Shown one piece after another: positions 58,570-64,000 of a DNA stretch of 64,000 nucleotides. A model generated the notes under the pieces. It was not told the DNA's origin. It saw nothing but the letters and a program-made list of their open reading frames with translations, and ran no database searches. Position 1 is the stretch's first letter. The number at the start of each line of letters is the position of its first letter. A program made the position numbers and the translations under genes. Origin of the DNA: a candidate division WOR-3 bacterium (GTDB taxonomy: Bacteria; Hydrothermota; Tepidihabitantia; Tepidihabitantales; Tepidihabitantaceae); assembly GCA_965648905.1 (NCBI GenBank), contig CBFGIT010000011.1, positions 32,557 through 96,556 of the forward strand, given 5' to 3'.

Positions 58570-58616
58570 AGCAAAGAACATGCCGTCCAAGCAAGTTCTG
58601 CTCTAGATGAGGGTTG
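58570..58616 (-). promoter_or_regulatory. sigma54-type promoter with adjacent IHF-like site
   Basis: Minus strand CGGCATGTTCTTTGCT = GG-N10-GC; CAA-N19-TTG at 58592-58616 just upstream. Confidence 0.55.
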
Positions 58617-58694
58617 GGTTGATTCGAAGTCGGTCTGTCCGGCTCAGGCTGACCATGACTGAACGATGGCGTCCACCGGGCCGCAGGAAGGCAC

Positions 58695-60080
58695 TCAGCG
58701 CAGAATCACGACCTGACTTACCCAGCTTCCCTCAGCAGTTGTGAGGACGACCTTGTACACCCCCGCGGGCAGGCTCGGTGCTGACCAATACGCCCGGTGT
58801 TCGCCCGGCTTCAGGCTTCGGTTCAAGAGCTCGACTGACGCCCTGCCGGTCACGTCATGGATGGCCACACGGGCAGGCCCGGTTCGGACTGTTCTCAGAA
58901 CCAGCCGTGCTGTACCGCGTGCGGGCGAGGGTGTCACCTCAAGCACTGGTTGCGCGACATGTGCGGGGCGGCCTTCGCCCACGCCCGGCTTCCGGGCTGT
59001 GCAGAAAAACGGGTCAAACACCGTGCCGTCGGGCTGCACTGCCTGGCAGAAAACCGAGTCACCATGCACATCGACCTGAACGAACTCATAGCAGGTGAGC
59101 CGGAACAGAGTCCACGGCTCAGGCTCGAGCCAGTCCCAGTAGAGCGGTGCACCACCACCGCCACTCGTGACGTAGTGAACCCCATTCACCAGGCTGCGTT
59201 CGTAGGCGTGGATGTGACCGCAGAAAACGATGCTGACACCAAACCGCTCAAACAGCGGGCTAAGGTACTCGCGAACCTGAAGGTTGCTCGGATGAGCAGC
59301 ACTGGTTGTGTACGGTGGTTCGTGAAGCGAGACGAATACGTGCCTGACGGTTGAATCGGCACTGTCGGCCCGCAGCTCCGACTCAAGCCAGGAGTACTGC
59401 TCTGAACCTGGTTCGAAAGCCTCGTACACATTCACGGCATGGACCGCGGCGCTGCCGAGCCGGACCGAGTAGAACCGTTCGTTCCCTGGCAGCAAAAAGA
59501 AGCGATACCAGTTGTCCATACTGCCCAGGTCATGGTTGCCCAGTACTGGGAACGAGGGCACGCAAGCCAGGAGGTTCTGCTCGACACGAAAGAAGGTCTG
59601 ATACTGGGCCCAGGTGGCGTTCTCGGTCAGGTCCCCAGTGTGCAGTACGACCAGCGGCAGCGGCATGCAGGCAGTTATCTGGTCAACGACGCTCTGATGA
59701 GCAGCGCTGTCGGTCCGGGTATCACCGATGACCGCGAACCGGACCGGGCATCCTCGAGCCGGCGCAGAACGGAACACTGCATCCGGGCTTGAGTCCGGCC
59801 CGGCCACAACCCGGTAGTGATACTGTGTGTCCGGGATAAGCCCGGTCAGGACCAGCTCGTGGATTGTGTCCGGCTCGGGCCGCGTGACCGAAAGACCGTA
59901 CTCAGCAGACAGACCGTACTCGACCAGCGCCGACTCCATGGTTGCGGTCTCCCAGCGCACCACGACGCTCGAATCGGTCAGGCTCTGCAGGTACGGGTAG
60001 AAAGTGAACTCGGCCCACGCCGTAGTGCCGACCAGCGCAGACAGCAGAACCAGTCGCGCCGACAGGCGCAAAAGTCCCAC
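58695..60080 (-). CDS. secreted purple-acid-phosphatase-like metallophosphoesterase with T9SS type A domain
   Basis: FN3-like N-domain; GDTR, HTGDL, LGNHD, HEPPY, GHIHAYER, SGGGGA. Confidence 0.88.
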   Translation of the reverse strand: MGLLRLSARLVLLSALVGTTAWAEFTFYPYLQSLTDSSVVVRWETATMESALVEYGLSAEYGLSVTRPEPDTIHELVLTGLIPDTQYHYRVVAGPDSSPDAVFRSAPARGCPVRFAVIGDTRTDSAAHQSVVDQITACMPLPLVVLHTGDLTENATWAQYQTFFRVEQNLLACVPSFPVLGNHDLGSMDNWYRFFLLPGNERFYSVRLGSAAVHAVNVYEAFEPGSEQYSWLESELRADSADSTVRHVFVSLHEPPYTTSAAHPSNLQVREYLSPLFERFGVSIVFCGHIHAYERSLVNGVHYVTSGGGGAPLYWDWLEPEPWTLFRLTCYEFVQVDVHGDSVFCQAVQPDGTVFDPFFCTARKPGVGEGRPAHVAQPVLEVTPSPARGTARLVLRTVRTGPARVAIHDVTGRASVELLNRSLKPGEHRAYWSAPSLPAGVYKVVLTTAEGSWVSQVVILR

Positions 60081-60094
60081 CGCGCAGCCCTGGT

Positions 60095-60346
60095 CTAGTT
60101 CCCGGGTGCGCGATAGACTGTCACCGAACGGATGCTCTCCGGGTCCTGACCGGCGCGTCCGAACAGGTCTTCAACCGCCTTACGGTCGGACGCGTCCCAG
60201 CAACAGATCGGCTGGTTCGTGCTGTTGTCCACGTATGCCCAGTCCATCTTGAGACTGGTTCCTTCGGCTGCGGAGACGACCTTGAAACAGGCGATTTTCA
60301 CCTGCTCGGCTGACATCGGCTTCAGCGTGATGATGAACTTGGCCAC
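60095..60346 (-). CDS. small protein, DUF4242/SCO4226-like
   Basis: RBS AAGGAG and own promoter; W.YVD..ICCWDA...AV......G..P.SI..V pattern. Confidence 0.6.
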   Translation of the reverse strand: MAKFIITLKPMSAEQVKIACFKVVSAAEGTSLKMDWAYVDNSTNQPICCWDASDRKAVEDLFGRAGQDPESIRSVTVYRAPGN

Positions 60347-60369
60347 TTCGACTCCTTGGTTTGTCCGTC

Positions 60370-60397
60370 ATTCTAGCTCAGCCTCCTGCCTCGTCAA
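60370..60397 (-). promoter_or_regulatory. sigma70-type promoter (TTGACG-16-TAGAAT)
   Basis: Upstream of the 83-aa gene. Confidence 0.6.
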
Positions 60398-60401
60398 CGA
60401 G

Positions 60402-60432
60402 AAACGCCCGCAGGTTCTGCCTGCGGGCGTTT
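60402..60432. terminator. intrinsic terminator hairpin downstream of clpB
   Basis: AAACGCCCGCAGG-TTCTG-CCTGCGGGCGTTT perfect inverted repeat. Confidence 0.8.
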
Positions 60433-60460
60433 GTCTGCCGGTCTTAGCCTCGAATCAAAA

Positions 60461-60530
60461 TGGCGTCGGGAGCGGGGAAACAAGGGGGTTATTTTTGGTG
60501 GGTTGGGAAGGAGGGATACCCGCTCCCGAC
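60461..60530 (-). ncRNA. candidate 70-nt RNA: 12-bp stem, C-rich loop, 3' GCCA
   Basis: GTCGGGAGCGGG pairs with CCCGCTCCCGAC and is followed by GCCA; the loop contains CCCTCCTT. Confidence 0.4.
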
Positions 60531-60562
60531 AAATAGCATACTCCAGATTGTCTGCCCGAAGC

Positions 60563-63112
60563 CTAGCCTCGGGTCAAAAGAGCAATTCTATCTGCGACCG
60601 CTGATACCACCACGGTCCTGGGCCGCTGTTTGAGTATCAGCTCTGCAAGCGGATTCTCAATCAGGCGTTGAATTGTACGTTTCAGAGGTCGCGCGCCGAA
60701 ATCAGGGTCAAAGCCTTCCTTCGATAGCACATCCTCCACGCCTGGTTCTATTATAAGCTCCACCCCCTGCTCTGTCAACAAATCCTTTACCCGGGCCAGT
60801 TGAATATCAGCAATCTTGCGGATATCGTCCCGGGACAGCGGATTGAACACGACCACTTCATCAATTCGGTTCAGAAACTCGGGTCGGAAGTTCCTGCGCA
60901 AGAGCGCCATCAGGTCCTCACGGTCCACGCGGCCGCCGCGCGCCAGCTCGGTTCCAAGATTGGAGGTCATGATGACAATCGTGTTCTTGAAGTCAACTGT
61001 CCGGCCATGACCGTCGGTTAGCCGGCCGTCGTCCAGAATCTGCAGCAGCACGTTGAACACGTCGTGGTGCGCCTTCTCAATCTCATCGAGCAGCACCACC
61101 CGGTAAGGCCGGCGTCTGACCGCCTCGGTCAACTGCCCGCCTTCCTCAAACCCGACATAGCCGGGCGGCGCACCAATCAGGCGCGAAACCGTGTGCCGCT
61201 CGCCGTACTCGGACATGTCAATGCGCACCATCGCCTCTTCGGTATCGAACAGGACCCGGGCAAGGGTGCGAGCGAGCTCGGTCTTGCCCACGCCGGTCGG
61301 GCCGAGAAAGATGAAGCTGCCTATCGGCCGGTTCCGGTCCCCGATTCCGGCCCGGGCCCGGCGGATGGCATTGGCCACGGCCGTGACTGCTTCATCCTGA
61401 CCCACGACCCGCTTGTGAATCTCCTCTTCAAGCCGCAAGAGCTTATCTCGCTCCGACTCCATCAGGTTCTTAAGCGGGATTCCGGTCCACTTGGCGACAA
61501 TCTCGGCAATGTCCTCGTCGGTGACCATCTCGCGCAGCATCCGGCTGGTTCGGTCCTTTGCCTGGGACTGGGCAAGACGCTTCTTCAGCTCGACGAGCCG
61601 ACCGTACTCGAGTTCAGCCGCCCGGTTCAGGTCGTACTTGCGCTTGGCCGCCTCAATCTCGGCCGTGACTCGTTCCATCTCCTCCTTCAGCCTGCTCACC
61701 TCCTCGACCTCACGCCGTTCCGCCTCCCACTGGGCGGTCAGGCGCTGCTGCTCTTCCTTAAGGTCGGCGATTTCCTTTTCTATCTCCAGAAGCCGCTTCT
61801 GCGACGCCTCATCCTTCTCGCGCTTGAGCGAGAGCTTTTCCATCTCCAGTTGCAGCACACGCCTGTCCACCTCATCCAGCTCCACCGGCTTGGAGGTAAT
61901 CTCCATCTTCAACTTGGCTGCGGCCTCGTCCACCAAGTCAATCGCCTTATCAGGCAGGAACCGGTCTGAAATGTAGCGGTTGGACATCACCGCGGCCGCG
62001 ACCAGGGCCGCATCAGCAATCTGCACACCGTGGTGCACTTCGTAGCGCTCCTTGAGACCGCGCAGGATAGAAATCGTCTCCTCAACCGAAGGCTGGTCAA
62101 CATAGACCGGCTGGAACCGGCGTTCCAGCGCCTTGTCCTTCTCGATGTACTGACGGTACTCATCAAGCGTGGTCGCACCGATACAGCGCAGCTCGCCCCG
62201 GGCAAGCATCGGCTTCAGGAGATTGCCCGCATCGACCGCACCCTCAGCCTTGCCGGCGCCGACGACTGTATGCAGCTCGTCGATAAAGAGCACGATTTGA
62301 CCATCTGACGATGCCACCTCCTTGAGCACGGCCTTGAGCCGGTTCTCGAACTCACCGCGGTACTTGGCGCCGGCAATCAGTGCGCCCATGTCCAGGGCCA
62401 CAAGCCTTCGGTTCTTCAGGCTCTCAGGTACATCACCGCGAACGATGCGCTGGGCCAGCCCTTCGACAATCGCGGTCTTGCCCACACCTGCCTCGCCAAT
62501 CATCACCGGATTGTTCTTGGTTCGACGGGAAAGCACCTGGATGACACGCCGGATTTCCTCATCCCGGCCGATAACCGGGTCGAGCTTGCCGTCACGGGCA
62601 AGCTGGGTCATGTCGCGGCCGAACTTCTCCAGCGGCTGATAGCGCTCCTCTGCACCCTGGTCGGTCACCCGCTGCGAACCGCGCAACTGCTTCAGCACCG
62701 CCAGGACCCGGTTCCGGTCCACGCCGAAGTGCTTCATGATGCGTGCGACCTCGCCGTCCTTCAGGTCCAGAAGCCCAAGCAGCAGATGCTCGGTCGAGAC
62801 AAACTCGTCCTTGAACCGGTGCGCCTCTGCCTCGGCGTGTTGCAGCACCTTCTGCAGGCGCGAGGACATATAGAGCTGACCTGCGCCCGACACCTTGGGC
62901 CGGTCGGCCAAAGCCGCCCGGACATGCTCAAAGACCTGGCGCGGCTCAGCACCCAGTTGCGCAAGCAACTGCGGCACCAGCCCTTCAGGCTGCTCGACCA
63001 AAGCAAGCAGCAGGTGCTCGGCGTCAATCTCCGAGTGCTCGAACCGCTGGGCGATGCTCTGGGTATACGAAAGCGCCTCCTGCGCCTTTTCGGTAAACCG
63101 CTCAATGTTCAT
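60563..63112 (-). CDS. clpB: ATP-dependent chaperone ClpB
   Basis: Two AAA+ modules ([16 protein letters not shown]), [13 protein letters not shown], long coiled-coil M domain, GARPLKR; start MNIERF. Confidence 0.96.
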   Translation of the reverse strand: MNIERFTEKAQEALSYTQSIAQRFEHSEIDAEHLLLALVEQPEGLVPQLLAQLGAEPRQVFEHVRAALADRPKVSGAGQLYMSSRLQKVLQHAEAEAHRFKDEFVSTEHLLLGLLDLKDGEVARIMKHFGVDRNRVLAVLKQLRGSQRVTDQGAEERYQPLEKFGRDMTQLARDGKLDPVIGRDEEIRRVIQVLSRRTKNNPVMIGEAGVGKTAIVEGLAQRIVRGDVPESLKNRRLVALDMGALIAGAKYRGEFENRLKAVLKEVASSDGQIVLFIDELHTVVGAGKAEGAVDAGNLLKPMLARGELRCIGATTLDEYRQYIEKDKALERRFQPVYVDQPSVEETISILRGLKERYEVHHGVQIADAALVAAAVMSNRYISDRFLPDKAIDLVDEAAAKLKMEITSKPVELDEVDRRVLQLEMEKLSLKREKDEASQKRLLEIEKEIADLKEEQQRLTAQWEAERREVEEVSRLKEEMERVTAEIEAAKRKYDLNRAAELEYGRLVELKKRLAQSQAKDRTSRMLREMVTDEDIAEIVAKWTGIPLKNLMESERDKLLRLEEEIHKRVVGQDEAVTAVANAIRRARAGIGDRNRPIGSFIFLGPTGVGKTELARTLARVLFDTEEAMVRIDMSEYGERHTVSRLIGAPPGYVGFEEGGQLTEAVRRRPYRVVLLDEIEKAHHDVFNVLLQILDDGRLTDGHGRTVDFKNTIVIMTSNLGTELARGGRVDREDLMALLRRNFRPEFLNRIDEVVVFNPLSRDDIRKIADIQLARVKDLLTEQGVELIIEPGVEDVLSKEGFDPDFGARPLKRTIQRLIENPLAELILKQRPRTVVVSAVADRIALLTRG

Positions 63113-63714
63113 GTTCCATTGTTTTAGACACTTGCGCAGACAAAGCCGATTCGGCGCTGCCACGCGTCTACTGCAATCCAGACCCTGGTTGCCGCCAGCG
63201 ATACCGTATTGCAGAAGGCTTTCAACGCTACCACAAACACCGGCTCAAGCAGCCAATCATCGGCACGCTCCCTTGGCAAAGAAGCTGCTCAAGCTGCCAC
63301 ATGAGCTTCTGCTCGCGGTCTCGCATGTGGCACGTCCTGAAGCAACGCTCCTGACAATGTTCGGCCCAACGCTCGCGGCCTGACGCCCGGAATCAAGCGC
63401 GGCAAGGCCAAAGCACACGCCGCTTCTGTCATGCTTTCAATCGCACATCAAGATACTACCTAGGGGACGGCCCCTCCCTGACCCAGGTTCAATGTAAGTC
63501 CTTGCTATTCCAAGTGATAGCTCCTGGCCACGGTCTAAACCGAGCTACACCGGCAACTGACGACCAGCAGTCAGATGCTAACAGTATGACAAGTAGAGAT
63601 TTATACCAGCAGACCGGCCTTTGGGCACTTGTTCAGACATGTCTGGTAGGCGGTTCCCCAGGTTGTTCCCATTGTTACTCTGGTCTGGACGACCAGCGTC
63701 CTTGTTCGACTCGA

Positions 63715-63906
63715 CTGTCTCGGCAACTCAGACGGCATGTCCGACGGAATCTGAGAAGTCCAGCCAGTCAGCACTTGGCGCGGCATTGGTGTCGGCAAGA
63801 ACCTCGTGACGCTGGCCGGCACGACTGACGCGACTTCACGCGGCGCCTGTTTCAGCACGACCTCCGGCACTTCAGGCATGACAGCCACAAGCACTTCACA
63901 AGGCAC
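63715..63906. repeat. degenerate 12-bp periodic tract (~16 units)
   Basis: A minus-frame translation shows 4-aa periodicity: VPCE VLVA VMPE VPEV VLKQ APRE VASV VPAS ... IPSD MPSE LPRQ. Confidence 0.45.
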
Positions 63907-64000
63907 GACCAGCAGCCCGGTTCAAAGCCCAGGGAGTTTTCAGCCTGGCTGTGCGTCATGCTTGCGCCCTGCTGCCTGCCTGCTTCTCCCGACCTCAGGA

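Noticed and set aside
58559..58573. CIRCE/HrcA operator
   Set aside because: Half-sites are in the wrong order and spacing relative to TTAGCACTC-N9-GAGTGCTAA; none was seen upstream of clpB either.
60461..60530. Canonical tRNA gene
   Set aside because: Has a CCA end and stem but no D, anticodon or T arms; kept only as a tRNA-like candidate.
1..64000. CRISPR array, IS element, prophage or rRNA
   Set aside because: No regularly spaced 25-45 bp direct repeats, transposase, integrase, phage genes or rRNA signatures were recognised by eye.

Overview
GC-rich bacterial chromosomal window. The style of the C-terminal sorting domains suggests a diderm of the FCB/WOR-3 type (inference, not a database result). 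Housekeeping genes: partial topA, acpS, nusB, ribH, ribBA, rfbB, rfbC, pilT, valS, an aldehyde dehydrogenase and clpB. These are interspersed with 13 secreted proteins carrying T9SS-like C-terminal domains, a DUF2089/DUF4097/SHOCT envelope operon, and an exonuclease, MraZ-like and KAP NTPase-FGE trio. The most striking locus is a ~12 kb minus-strand operon encoding a phosphate-porin-like protein, a lamin-tail lipoprotein, a secreted CotH kinase, three aryl-sulfate-sulfotransferase-like paralogs, an SBBP propeller, a VTC polyphosphate polymerase and a DUF4956 membrane protein. It has a sigma54-type promoter and lies just downstream of a secreted acid phosphatase gene. Non-coding signals read directly from the sequence: a candidate sigma54/IHF-driven ~180-nt sRNA beside pilT, a 70-nt minihelix-like element ending in GCCA with an anti-Shine-Dalgarno loop, a strong bias to 16-bp-spacer promoters with many leaderless genes, and a recurrent intergenic TAA-N19-TTA motif. 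No rRNA, canonical tRNA, CRISPR array, transposase or integrase was recognised. All family assignments come from motif recognition by eye.
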